64,000 nucleotides of DNA from Patescibacteria group bacterium (GTDB lineage: Bacteria > Patescibacteriota > Minisyncoccia > Phycocordibacterales > Phycocordibacteraceae), in contig JAZKAU010000003.1 in the NCBI GenBank assembly GCA_040388985.1, positions 24,557-88,556 on the forward strand, in the 5' to 3' direction. Shown one piece after another: positions 28,005 through 44,512 of the stretch. Numbering within the stretch: the first letter of the stretch is position 1; every line of letters starts with the position of its first letter. Both the position numbers and the translations under genes were made by a program. The notes beneath the pieces were generated by a model. The model had not been told where the DNA came from and searched no databases. It saw only the letters and a program-made list of their open reading frames with translations.

Positions 28005-29423
28005 TCAGGCCTTCAGTACGGATTCTATATACTTCGCATTCAGCCAGAATGAACGCTTGATTTCCTGTGTCCCTTGCGGGGTCTCCTGCGTATCGCTGCT
28101 ATCTTTGGCATGAGGCCTGACATGAGCTACGGGACTGCCTGTAATCTTGGGCAGATCTCGATATCTTCCTTCCTCTATGCACCTGAGAGCAAGGTCGAAG
28201 ACACGTTCTGCTTCCGGAAAGTCTTCCGCCGGAAAGTTCCAGAACTTCACCTTTGACAGCCTTACCGCGCCCTCCGCTGTCTTCTGGAAAACGACGAACA
28301 GGAAGCGGCTCATTTCTAGTTCTGCATGGAAATCCGACATGATCTCTTCCTTCTGGTCATACCAGAGCTGAGTAATCAGATTCTTATAATCGAAAGCCGG
28401 GAATGATATTGATTCTCTCAGCGACCCGTCCGTCTCGAGCGTGACTACTCTCAGGGTCACATCGGCTTTCTCGAATTCCTCTATCTTATTCGACCCGGTG
28501 CCGGTAAGTATCCGGTTCGCCAGGAGTCGCTTGAAATTCTTAGGCCGGCTATCTGTCCTCCACCCCAGGATCTGCATGATTTCCGTATCGGACTTTCCTA
28601 TATACGGACCGAACTTATCCTCTACGACCTCATCGATGGTCATGTCATGCTTCTCTCCTCTATATATGGATTCCGCATCAGGTCTTGCGCCGAGCAGATT
28701 CCGCTGGATCAGATGATTCAGATAAGCCTGTTTCAAGGAGAATGCCCGAGGCTTCGCTGGAGTACGCGACATGGGCTGGTCGCGGACCACCCTGCTATTC
28801 CGAGCCTTCGTACAGGCGCCCAGGTAGAACGTATCCCCTTCAGAGAGCAGGTGCGCGTCGCCGCGGCGTATCTTATCGATGATGAATTGCCAATCCTTGC
28901 GAATCTGCTCGGCGTCCTGCTCTGATATATCTTCGAGGAGATCAAGGAGATGCACGAACTCGAATTCATAGTCGAGCACGCTCTGTCCCTTGTCCAGGTA
29001 CAGGTAGAACATGATCAGCAGGAGCCTGTTCTTCTCGAGGAACGAACTGGTCTCCCAGCGTTCGCTGATGACCTTGTCGTAGTCGATCATCGAGAACACG
29101 AGCCGTTCCTTGGCCACGTATCGCTTTGTCTTATGCCGCCTGAGCGGAGTCGACTTCAGCTCGATGCCGGCTAGCTTGAAATCGGCTTCTGCACGGCCAT
29201 TGTTAGCGATTCCGAATACATAGCGCTCTATGAGGTCCCCTAAGTAGCCTTTCCGGTTGGTGCCGTATCCGGCCAGCTTATCCTCTATCTCATCGAGCTC
29301 TTCTCGAGGAATGAACTCTTTCAGGGTCTTGTGCAAGGCACGGTTCGCGGCGGTGACGACTTCTTCCTCGGTTCTGTAGATAGTTTCAGGCATGGTATCT
29401 GATGCGGAATCAGTCATTTCCAA
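28005..29423 (-). CDS. Sau3AI/MutH-family type II restriction endonuclease (predicted GATC-specific)
   Basis: The N-terminal domain contains EADFKLAGIELKSTP, matching the MutH catalytic D..E.K block DFAALGVELKTIP. A second, degenerate MutH-like half resembles two-domain Sau3AI, and the 472 aa length is close to Sau3AI's 489. Confidence 0.7.
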   Translation of the reverse strand: MEMTDSASDTMPETIYRTEEEVVTAANRALHKTLKEFIPREELDEIEDKLAGYGTNRKGYLGDLIERYVFGIANNGRAEADFKLAGIELKSTPLRRHKTKRYVAKERLVFSMIDYDKVISERWETSSFLEKNRLLLIMFYLYLDKGQSVLDYEFEFVHLLDLLEDISEQDAEQIRKDWQFIIDKIRRGDAHLLSEGDTFYLGACTKARNSRVVRDQPMSRTPAKPRAFSLKQAYLNHLIQRNLLGARPDAESIYRGEKHDMTIDEVVEDKFGPYIGKSDTEIMQILGWRTDSRPKNFKRLLANRILTGTGSNKIEEFEKADVTLRVVTLETDGSLRESISFPAFDYKNLITQLWYDQKEEIMSDFHAELEMSRFLFVVFQKTAEGAVRLSKVKFWNFPAEDFPEAERVFDLALRCIEEGRYRDLPKITGSPVAHVRPHAKDSSDTQETPQGTQEIKRSFWLNAKYIESVLKA

Positions 29424-30066
29424 GGATACTCTTCCAGGAGCCTTTCGTCACTATCACATGGTCGATAACGGCTATATCGAGGATCCGTCCCGCTTGCACG
29501 AGTCTCTTGGTGACTTCCAGATCCGCAGCTGACGGCTCAGTATCTCCTGACGGATGATTGTGAGCGAATATGACTGACGAAGCGTGGCTGACTATGGATT
29601 GCTCGAATACCTCGCGCGGATGGACCAGGCTCTCGTTCAAGGTCCCTATCGACACCACGTCCCTACGTATCTCTTGCTCCCTGCTGTCCAGGTAGAAAAC
29701 CACGAAATGCTCCCTCTTGCTCTCGCGTATGTCCGACATCCTTTCCCAGACATCCTTCGCGGAGAGTAACACTGACGTCTTCTTATCCTTAAGTAATCTC
29801 CTTCCGAGCTCGAAACAAGCGACGATTCCGCTGGCTTTAGCTTTTCCTAGTCCGGGTATCTCACAGAGCTCAAGGAGGGTAGCTGTTCCAAGACCGATAT
29901 CCTTCCATCGCGCGAGCACTCTGCTTGATAGTTCGATTGCATTCGTGCCTTTCATGCCCGTACCGAGGAGGATCGCGAGCAACTCAGCATCCTTGAGCCT
30001 TTCCGGGCCATATCTCTCAAGCTTCTCGCGCGGTCGGTCCTTGCTATGAAACTCCTTTATCTTCAT
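29410..30066 (-). CDS. radC: RadC-like JAB/MPN-domain protein
   Basis: HhH region LLAILLGTG and JAMM motif HNHPSGDTEPSAAD. Confidence 0.8.
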   Translation of the reverse strand: MKIKEFHSKDRPREKLERYGPERLKDAELLAILLGTGMKGTNAIELSSRVLARWKDIGLGTATLLELCEIPGLGKAKASGIVACFELGRRLLKDKKTSVLLSAKDVWERMSDIRESKREHFVVFYLDSREQEIRRDVVSIGTLNESLVHPREVFEQSIVSHASSVIFAHNHPSGDTEPSAADLEVTKRLVQAGRILDIAVIDHVIVTKGSWKSILGND

Positions 30067-30075
30067 TGCTCAGGA

Positions 30076-30918
30076 TTAGACCGAGGATGCGTAATTCCGT
30101 ATGGCCAATTCGATGATGCTAGCGTCAGCTCCTACGCTTGCACCGAGGCTGCGCGGAGCGAGTATCCTGTGATACTCGAATCCAGGATATAAGTTCCTCA
30201 CCTTCTTTATGTCGTTATTACTCAAGAGCACCTTTCCGCCTCTTGCCTGCAGAGATCTCACGAAATCCGCGAGGTTGATCCTGTCCATTTCTGAGAATGT
30301 CTCAGGAGTATATTGAACGAAGCTTGTCCTTTTTATCGGATCGTAGCAAGGATCAAGATAGATAAAATCTCCTGACGATATATGAGGTACGATCTCCCTA
30401 TAATCTTGATGCACTATATCTACTCCCTGCAAGAGCCTGCTGGCTTCCAATATGACCTCTCTTGAGAAGACTTCCGCTTTCTTATATCGTCCATAAGGGA
30501 CATTGAATTCATTCTTAGAGTTCACTCTGAATAGACCGCTGTAGCAAGTCTTGTTCATATATATGAAGGCTGCGGCTCGCTCGACTCCTTTAAGGGCTTT
30601 CAGGTTGAATTCCTCCCTCGTCTGATAATAAAATTCTTCCGAATCTCTCTTCTTGAACCTTGACAGAGCGGTTAGCAATCCCTTCGGATTATCTCGTACG
30701 GCTTGATAAGTGAGCACGAGATCAGCATTAGCATCCGATATCAGGGAGAAATCCGGATTGTATTTCTGCTTTACGTAGAAGAAGACAGATCCGCCTCCGA
30801 GAAAAGGCTCGAAGTATCTTTCTATGGTCTCCGGAAAGAGAGTGTCAAGCGTATCGAGAATCCTGCGTTTTCCGCCTGCCCACTTCAGGAATGTCGGTAT
30901 GTTTAAGGTGTTCTTCAT
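30076..30918 (-). CDS. dam: Dam-family N6-adenine DNA methyltransferase
   Basis: The protein is collinear with E. coli Dam, matching FLKWAGGK, EPFLGGGSVF, YYQTREEFN, MNKTCYSGLFRVNSKNEFNVPYGRYKK and a DPCY variant of DPPY. Confidence 0.85.
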   Translation of the reverse strand: MKNTLNIPTFLKWAGGKRRILDTLDTLFPETIERYFEPFLGGGSVFFYVKQKYNPDFSLISDANADLVLTYQAVRDNPKGLLTALSRFKKRDSEEFYYQTREEFNLKALKGVERAAAFIYMNKTCYSGLFRVNSKNEFNVPYGRYKKAEVFSREVILEASRLLQGVDIVHQDYREIVPHISSGDFIYLDPCYDPIKRTSFVQYTPETFSEMDRINLADFVRSLQARGGKVLLSNNDIKKVRNLYPGFEYHRILAPRSLGASVGADASIIELAIRNYASSV

Positions 30919-32045
30919 CTTGTGCTTAATCCGGATTTCTCCATCAGATCTTTATACAGATCTGATTGGCCCTGTCCTCCCGGTATATATCTGCTCTTCG
31001 TAAAGTCATCCTGCTTCAAGTCTATCCTAGCGAAGACCTGTTGAAAATCCTCTTTGCTTGCAACCTTGCCAGGAGTATCGAATGAAAGATAGACGTCTCT
31101 CATGAATCTCATGAGAGCCACGAAACCTGTAGATTTATTCAATATCATCTGTACTCTCACCTCATTCCAAGCATCGGGCCACTTCAGCGACACCGCAGAG
31201 AAATAATTCCATACAATCTGAGCTATCTCCGCATCCTTTTCCTCGAGGAAGAGGTTCCTGAAAATCAGCTTGCTCGCCGAATCCCCTTCCGCTCTCTTCG
31301 GTACTCCTCCTCTCTTGTATATATCCCTATCAGTCATCGGATTCAGAGACAGGTACTTTAATAAGTATTCGACAAAAGTCGCTTGAGTTATCGTCTCTCT
31401 CTCTCCATCCTCTGCCACCCCCAGAATCTTGACTTTTCCTTCAAAAGGGCTCCCTTCTTTCTCGTTCAGGGCGCGTACGATCTGATGTGCGGTCTTCTGC
31501 GGACTTCTTGAAGTCGCGAAGGCGAATAAGTCCGCCACCAGCGACTTATTCACCTTCGTCTGAGATTTGTTTATCGTTGCAAACAATATCGCCTGGTCTT
31601 CAAGATCAATGTCGACGAAAATAGCGACGTTTGTCTCAAAACTAGAGGGTCGAGGACTGGCTTTTTCGAATCCAGCGGCTCGATGTTGTCCGTCGAGTAT
31701 CTTCGCAATCTCTCCATCCCTTCTAATCCGCATCCTCGAGCTCTTCTCGTCGTATTGAACGTTCGTGGAAGAGACAGAGAGTATTATCGCAGTCGGGAAA
31801 GCCGCGTCGACCAGATTCACGTATCTTGCAATCTCCTTGACCCTGGAGGCTGAGAGAGGTCTCTGTATACCGATGTATTTCTCAATCTCAGTCTCATTCC
31901 TCTCTCTATGACGGATGTCGCTATAGGAAATATCTACCAGATCTTGCATCTGCATTACGCCCATGTAAAAATCGCCTATAGGCTGCCTTACCTTGATAGA
32001 CTGGAATTCCACCCACTCATCCTTTAATGAAATTTTCATAGGCAT
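30915..32045 (-). CDS. DGQHR-domain protein (DndB-like, ParB/Srx fold)
   Basis: An exact ILDGQHRAAG motif together with an upstream IGIQRPLSASRVKEIARYV block. Its ATGA start overlaps the Dam gene, and its stop overlaps the downstream membrane gene. Confidence 0.75.
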   Translation of the reverse strand: MPMKISLKDEWVEFQSIKVRQPIGDFYMGVMQMQDLVDISYSDIRHRERNETEIEKYIGIQRPLSASRVKEIARYVNLVDAAFPTAIILSVSSTNVQYDEKSSRMRIRRDGEIAKILDGQHRAAGFEKASPRPSSFETNVAIFVDIDLEDQAILFATINKSQTKVNKSLVADLFAFATSRSPQKTAHQIVRALNEKEGSPFEGKVKILGVAEDGERETITQATFVEYLLKYLSLNPMTDRDIYKRGGVPKRAEGDSASKLIFRNLFLEEKDAEIAQIVWNYFSAVSLKWPDAWNEVRVQMILNKSTGFVALMRFMRDVYLSFDTPGKVASKEDFQQVFARIDLKQDDFTKSRYIPGGQGQSDLYKDLMEKSGLSTR

Positions 32046-32551
32046 TATCTTAGACTTTTCTTAATACCGTCGATGCTGCGCCTTTCTTCTTCCGCTACAT
32101 CGATTCCCTTGCTTAGCCTATCTATATAGTTAGAGAAATAATGTGCAAAAAGAGCGATTAACAGGAAGACGAGTGACGAATAGAATATGACAGCCTTATC
32201 CGGATTAATAAGCCCATCTATCGGAATCGAAAGCGTAGTGGCTAATATGGCATATAGGACCGAGGAGAGTATCAGGAAGCATATGCAAAGCCAGAACAGG
32301 ACCGAGGAGAAATCAAAATTCTTTTTCTTTGTAGCGTAAAGCAGATATGCTGAATTTATGTAGAAAGCTGCAGCATAAAGATAAAACTCTCCATGTGACC
32401 AGAATACGGTCCAGCCATGCCATTGAGACAAGATTAAGGAGATAGCTAATCCTATAATAAGTGGCAATAATCCGCCTATCACCGTCACGCTAAAGAGCAT
32501 GCTGGTTTCTTTGAAAATATTTGATCTGAATGTCAATGCCGAAAGAAACAT
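32045..32551 (-). CDS. Small 4-TM membrane protein, first gene of the DGQHR-Dam module
   Basis: 168 aa with 4 hydrophobic helices and a charged C-terminal tail, DVAEEERRSIDGIKKSLR. Its TAATG stop overlaps the start of the DGQHR gene. Confidence 0.45.
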   Translation of the reverse strand: MFLSALTFRSNIFKETSMLFSVTVIGGLLPLIIGLAISLILSQWHGWTVFWSHGEFYLYAAAFYINSAYLLYATKKKNFDFSSVLFWLCICFLILSSVLYAILATTLSIPIDGLINPDKAVIFYSSLVFLLIALFAHYFSNYIDRLSKGIDVAEEERRSIDGIKKSLR

Positions 32552-32771
32552 GTCGATTCGTTAAAATCTAAGACGACTAAACCTCATGAGGTGATTTTAC
32601 AACGAATGTCGGTATAACCTAGAGATATCAGGAGTATTGATATCTAGAAACTTCATAAAGATCTTATGTGCTCGAGGAAGCCATATCCTAAGGGCTATTA
32701 GCCGTCGCAATCTTGATATGAGGTTATCAATAATTACTCGTGGATTCCTAGAGAATCACGACTAGGCTGAC

Positions 32772-32806
32772 AAGCAAAGAGGCGCCCGGGTCTGGGACGC
32801 CTCTTT
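32772..32806 (-). terminator. rpoD terminator hairpin
   Basis: gcaaagaggcgcccgggtctgggacgcctctttgc abuts the rpoD stop. Confidence 0.6.
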
Positions 32807-32808
32807 GC

Positions 32809-34095
32809 TTAGTATGATTTCAGTCTTCGGGATTTTTCATGGGTCCGGATCTTTTCAAGAGCCTTCGCCTCGATCTGGCGGATGCGCTCGCGGGTGACGC
32901 CGAACTCCTTCCCTACTTCCTCGAGCGTGTGGTACACGCCGTCAAGGAGACCGTGGCGCATCTCAAGGATCTTGCGCTCCTTAGGGGAAAGATCATCGAG
33001 AATGTCGCGGACCTGTTCGGTGAGGATGCGTTCGGATGATTCCTGGACCGGGGACGGAATCTTATCGTCTGCGATGAAGTCGCCAAGCGTCGAATTCTGG
33101 TCGTCGTCAGAGCCTACGGGATTCTCGAGCGAGAGGGTGTCCTGATTAATCTTCTCGATCTGGTAGATCTTATCTACTTCGACACCCATCTCGACTGCCA
33201 CTTCTTCCGGTTGCGGATCGCGGCCGAGCGTCTGCGCGAGGCGGCGGGATACCTGCTTGTACTTGGCGATGGTCTCGACCATGTGCACCGGGATACGGAT
33301 GGTACGGGACTGATCGGCAAGCGCGCGAGTGATGGCCTGGCGAATCCACCAGGTAGCGTAGGTCGAGAACTTATAGCCCTTCTTCCAGTCGAACTTGTCG
33401 ACGGCCTTGAAAAGGCCGATATTACCTTCCTGGATAAGGTCGAGGAGGGTGAGGTCGGGTGAGCGTCCGACGTATTTCTTGGCGATAGACACGACGAGGC
33501 GGAGGTTGGAACGGGCGAGGATGTTGCGCGCCTCGTCGTCGCCGCTCTCAATGCGCTTGGCGAGCTCCTTCTCCTCGTTCCCGGTCAGAAGCGGGTACTG
33601 ACCGATCTCACGCAGGTATATCTGGATGGAGTCGTAGCTTCCGCTATCGCGGCTCTTGATGTTGCGTCCGGCGAGGTACTCGTCAGCCTGATCCTCGAGC
33701 ATGCCGCCTTCGAGGATGTCGATGCCGGAGATGGTGAAGCGCTCATAGAGCTCATCGAGGAAGGTGACGTCGTCCTCGATGTGCGGGAATTCGCGGAGGA
33801 TCTCGCTGTACGTAATATAGCCGCGCTCCTTTCCTTTCTGGATGAGGCGTTCGGCCTTGTCGGTGCGGTCGCTTGCGGCCTTCGCCTTCACGCCGGTTAC
33901 GGCCTTACGTACGACATTCATCGCGCGGGCGTTCTTAGCTACCTTCTTGGGTGCAGTCTTCTTAACCGCCTTCTTTACGGCTTTCTTGACTGCCTTCTTT
34001 ACTACTTTTTTGGTAGTCTTCTTAACAACTTTCTTCGGAGCTGCCTTCTTTGGTGCAGACTTTTTCTTCGGAGCTGCCTTCTTCTTTATAGCCAT
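32809..34095 (-). CDS. rpoD: RNA polymerase sigma-70 factor RpoD with a Lys/Ala-rich histone H1-like N-terminal tail
   Basis: Regions 1.2-4 are present ([46 protein letters not shown]). The N-terminal 50 aa consist of [11 protein letters not shown] repeats. Confidence 0.9.
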   Translation of the reverse strand: MAIKKKAAPKKKSAPKKAAPKKVVKKTTKKVVKKAVKKAVKKAVKKTAPKKVAKNARAMNVVRKAVTGVKAKAASDRTDKAERLIQKGKERGYITYSEILREFPHIEDDVTFLDELYERFTISGIDILEGGMLEDQADEYLAGRNIKSRDSGSYDSIQIYLREIGQYPLLTGNEEKELAKRIESGDDEARNILARSNLRLVVSIAKKYVGRSPDLTLLDLIQEGNIGLFKAVDKFDWKKGYKFSTYATWWIRQAITRALADQSRTIRIPVHMVETIAKYKQVSRRLAQTLGRDPQPEEVAVEMGVEVDKIYQIEKINQDTLSLENPVGSDDDQNSTLGDFIADDKIPSPVQESSERILTEQVRDILDDLSPKERKILEMRHGLLDGVYHTLEEVGKEFGVTRERIRQIEAKALEKIRTHEKSRRLKSY

Positions 34096-34152
34096 AGGTG
34101 AAATGTAAAAAGCGGGTAATGGATTCGTTATAAAATCTGTGATGTCTGGAAA

Positions 34153-35865
34153 CTAGGGTATCTGAGCCAAACGGGTAGAGACATCCCGCGCGAGGATGGC
34201 TGCTTCTTGTATGCCGTCAGTGTCGTTCGCGGCTTCTGCACGCCGCAATTTCAGGGTCGCTTCGCGGAGCGCGTCCGTCAGGATCATGCGCTCGAAGGTG
34301 TATATGAGATCGTCTGCCGCGTCTTCCGGGGGTTCCTCACCGAAGACGAGTCCTGCCTCGAACAGGGCGCGCTCATCCAAGTCCGCATCATTTGGGACCG
34401 GTGCGCCAATAATACGAGAATACTCGCTATTGAGCCGTTTCGCAAGGGGCGTATCGGGATAGGTCTGTATCGCGGCAAAGATGAGGGCGCGACGGGACTC
34501 GAGGCCAGACATCTTGGTAGACGTTTGGAGACCAGCTCCCTTTCCGGTCTCCATAGGCGCTGCGGTATCCACAGGGGTGCTTTCAGGACGCGGCAGCGAA
34601 GCGCGCACGGCTTCAGGGGTTGAAGACAGGGAGCGGGCAATTATGTCGACATAGCGATTGCGCTCAAGCGGGCTCCCGACCGCCACGACAAGTGGCAGCA
34701 CGATGGCCTCCACCTGCCGGAGGAGCTTGAATTCGTCGCGCTCGGAGCTTGCGAGCACGCTCAGGAAGAACTCGATGACGGACTGAGAATTCTTGACGAG
34801 CTCACTGAATCTCTTCGCGCCTCCCTCTTCAGACACGACATCCGCCGGATCCTTGCCTTCGGGCAGGCGCACGGCTTTCACGCGCATGCCGGCGCGCAGC
34901 GCCGCATGCGCGTTCTTCGCACTTGCTGCGAGGCCTGCGCGATCGCCGTCAAGGCAGAGCATGAGGTTATCGGCGTAACGTTTGATGAGCCCCAGGTGCG
35001 TGCTTGAGAGCGCAGTACCGGAAAGTGCGATGGTATTGGTAAAGCCGGCCTGGTGCAGGAGAACGAGATCGAACTGGCCCTCGACGAGTATGGCGTATCC
35101 CTGCTTGCGTATGGCGTCTTTCGCACGGTCCATACCGAACAGGACTTCGGACTTCCGGAAGAGTCCGGTCTCGGGACTGTTGAGATACTTCGCGCTGTCG
35201 TCTTTATCGAGGGCACGGCCCGTGAACGCAACCGTGCGGCCGGCCGCATCGCGTATCGGAAACATCAGGCGATTGCGGAAACGGTCGTACCAGGTACCGG
35301 GCTTCTCGTCCGCTTCTTTGACAAGTCCGGCTTCAGCAAGTTCCTTCGGAGAATACCCGCGCGCACCAAGCGCTTCTAAGAGTCCGCGCCATCCAGCTGG
35401 CGCAAGGCCGAGCTTCCAGGCTGCGATAGTCTCGGGAGTGAGACCCCTGTCGGTAGCGTACGTATATGCAGAAGACTCTGAGGTAAGGGAGTCATGGAAG
35501 AACATCTCGGCCTGTGCCATCGCTTCACGAATGCGGTCAAGCCGGTCGCGCGCCTTGGCGTCTTCAGGACGAAGTGCGACGAGTTCGACTCCTGCCTTCT
35601 CTGCAAGGATCTTGAGTGCTCCCTTGAAATCGACCCCTTCCATCTTCTCGATGAAGGTTAAATGGTCGCCGCCCTGTGAGGTCGAGAAACAGTAGTAGCT
35701 GCCTCGCTCCATATTCACGTAGAAGGACGGAGTCTTCTCTTTGCCGAAGGGAGAGAGTCCGCGCCAGTACTTTCCTGCGCGGGTGAGTTTTACGTATGGT
35801 TGTATAACCTCAAGAATCGAGAGCTTGTCTTTGATCTGGGTGACGGTGTCGTTCGGAGTGCTCAT
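34153..35865 (-). CDS. dnaG: DNA primase DnaG
   Basis: Zinc-binding region ...GLSPFGKEKTPSFYVN...YYCFSTSQGGDHLTF and TOPRIM motif AILVEGQFDLV. It sits directly upstream of rpoD. Confidence 0.9.
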   Translation of the reverse strand: MSTPNDTVTQIKDKLSILEVIQPYVKLTRAGKYWRGLSPFGKEKTPSFYVNMERGSYYCFSTSQGGDHLTFIEKMEGVDFKGALKILAEKAGVELVALRPEDAKARDRLDRIREAMAQAEMFFHDSLTSESSAYTYATDRGLTPETIAAWKLGLAPAGWRGLLEALGARGYSPKELAEAGLVKEADEKPGTWYDRFRNRLMFPIRDAAGRTVAFTGRALDKDDSAKYLNSPETGLFRKSEVLFGMDRAKDAIRKQGYAILVEGQFDLVLLHQAGFTNTIALSGTALSSTHLGLIKRYADNLMLCLDGDRAGLAASAKNAHAALRAGMRVKAVRLPEGKDPADVVSEEGGAKRFSELVKNSQSVIEFFLSVLASSERDEFKLLRQVEAIVLPLVVAVGSPLERNRYVDIIARSLSSTPEAVRASLPRPESTPVDTAAPMETGKGAGLQTSTKMSGLESRRALIFAAIQTYPDTPLAKRLNSEYSRIIGAPVPNDADLDERALFEAGLVFGEEPPEDAADDLIYTFERMILTDALREATLKLRRAEAANDTDGIQEAAILARDVSTRLAQIP

Positions 35866-35966
35866 TTCCTCTTATTTTACCTCGTATGTACCGGTTCTGG
35901 CAGCTACTTGACAATATAGGTCATAGATGCTATGTTAATTATGGCAACAATAGCAGGAAGACGATA

Positions 35967-36200
35967 ATGAACATGTCCCCTCGTCAGCAGGTTCAGCTCC
36001 TGATCGGCTGGATCATCATCACCTCAATCGCGCTGGCCACCGCTCTCTGGTTGGGGCTGTTCTTCAGCCTTCCCAAGGAGACCGGCTTCGTGCTCGCCGT
36101 GATTGCGTCCGGGCTCGTCGGAATCGCCGGCCTGGCTCATGTGGGCGCGAACGCGTTCATCCGTCAGCTCGGCAAGGGGCTCGTCCCCGACCGCGCCTGA
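35967..36200 (+). CDS. Small membrane protein (77 aa)
   Basis: The start is placed at the internal ATG, with AGGAAG about 7 nt upstream. The product has 2 TM helices, and terminator hairpins lie downstream at 36234..36263 and 36276..36312. Confidence 0.35.
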   Translation: MNMSPRQQVQLLIGWIIITSIALATALWLGLFFSLPKETGFVLAVIASGLVGIAGLAHVGANAFIRQLGKGLVPDRA

Positions 36201-36317
36201 TCGGCAAGCTTCCCCCAGCTGCCGATCCAGGAAGAGGCCGTCCACCGTGACGGCCTCTTTTTACTTTATATACGAGCAAAGCCTGCCCCATTCGGGGGCA
36301 GGCTTTGCTTTATTGAA

Positions 36318-36418
36318 TTTTCCGTCGGGAGCGAGGGCTTGAGAATAAAAGCGGTTCAGGATTCCCAAGTGCAGGGTAATCCCGCAACGGCGCTTTTATT
36401 CTTAACCCGAGTGACTCG

Positions 36419-36425
<7 letters not shown>
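36318..36425. repeat. Copy 1 of an approximately 110-nt palindromic repeat element
   Basis: The core ccgtcgggagcgagggcttgagaataaaagcggttcaggatt.ccaagtgcag...cgcttttattctta has 13-bp terminal inverted repeats, agaataaaagcg and cgcttttattct. It is about 85% identical to the reverse complement of 53641..53753. Confidence 0.7.
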
Positions 36426-40195
<3,770 letters not shown>

Positions 40196-40207
40196 ATAAG
40201 TGAAAGG

Positions 40208-43399
<3,192 letters not shown>

Positions 43400-43644
43400 G
43401 AGAAGTGGAAATTATGTCTGAAACGCGAAGAGGACTCGTACACGTGTACGAGCCGCGTCCGTCGTTTTCCGAGACGCTTTTGTAAAAATGTAGCCCTAAA
43501 TTTGCCTGTTTGCCCCCCAGAGTCCCCCGCGACTCATCCGTTTCTGGTTAAGGACAGTATACGCTCTGTATGAATAAACCGTCAAGGCAGGGTGTGAAGA
43601 ACCTGAAGAAACCTTAAATACTGTCTGGGATAATCTTGGAATCG

Positions 43645-44445
43645 CTATAAAAGCGCCTTTATCTCTCTAAGATCAGGATGGCAGGGAGAAAGGTAGATTA
43701 CAAAAGTATCATCAAGTATTTTTAGTTCACGGAGATAATCTGCATAACTATCTCGCAGATTATAGGCTTTGAAGTTAGCGTGGAGTATCTTTTGCCCGGA
43801 TGGTTTAGCTCGTGACATGGCGCTTGCGATCTCCATCGTTTTTACCACTGAGTTGCAGGCAGAGCCTAATATTAAACCTGATATGTTCTCATCTGTGAGA
43901 ATTTGTTCCGTGCGCTCTGGAGTAGACCGACCGCCGTAAATAAGTGGGATGCGATCTCCCGCTTCTCGACCGAATCTATCGATAAGCCAATCATGCAGTG
44001 ACCTACACACTCCCGAAATAACTTCCGGAGCAGGAGGCGGCATGTCGTCACGTCCGCTTCCCCGAGATCCCCATTTCGGTTCATATCCAACAACTAAGTT
44101 CGTAAGGTAATTCGCAGGTATGTCATGAAGAATCGAGGCCAGGTGTACACGGACACGCTCCTCGATCTCTTGCGGCAAGGCCGATTCAAATTCTTCCCAT
44201 GTTTCGCCAACGAGTATCGTCAATCTATCGAGAAGTGCTACTTCACCCCCTCTTGCGATAATAGTCTGTAACTTCTTAGCTACCACCTCTAGAGTGTCAC
44301 CGACTTCTGAATGGCCGAGAATGACACCCTCCGCGCCCGCCTTGCAAACCTGCTCCGCGCTAACCGCCCCTGTTCGTGCAAAAAGATCGTCGCCATCGCC
44401 ATCGTATATATCTATATTCTGTGCCGAGAGAATGATTCGAGCCAT
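43645..44445 (-). CDS. tpiA: Divergent triosephosphate isomerase-like (TIM) protein
   Basis: VILGHSEV matches the GHSERR region, VGYEPKWGSRGSG matches AYEPVWAIGTG, and IYGGRSTP matches YGGS. The overall sequence is divergent. Confidence 0.55.
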   Translation of the reverse strand: MARIILSAQNIDIYDGDGDDLFARTGAVSAEQVCKAGAEGVILGHSEVGDTLEVVAKKLQTIIARGGEVALLDRLTILVGETWEEFESALPQEIEERVRVHLASILHDIPANYLTNLVVGYEPKWGSRGSGRDDMPPPAPEVISGVCRSLHDWLIDRFGREAGDRIPLIYGGRSTPERTEQILTDENISGLILGSACNSVVKTMEIASAMSRAKPSGQKILHANFKAYNLRDSYADYLRELKILDDTFVIYLSPCHPDLREIKALL

Positions 44446-44512
44446 GCAAAAAGTATACTCCTGCCACTCGCTTTTAACATAGAGCTGATAGCTGACAAAC
44501 CAGGTTGAGGAG

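Noticed and set aside
34982-35695. 237-aa plus-strand ORF
   Set aside because: It is antisense to dnaG.
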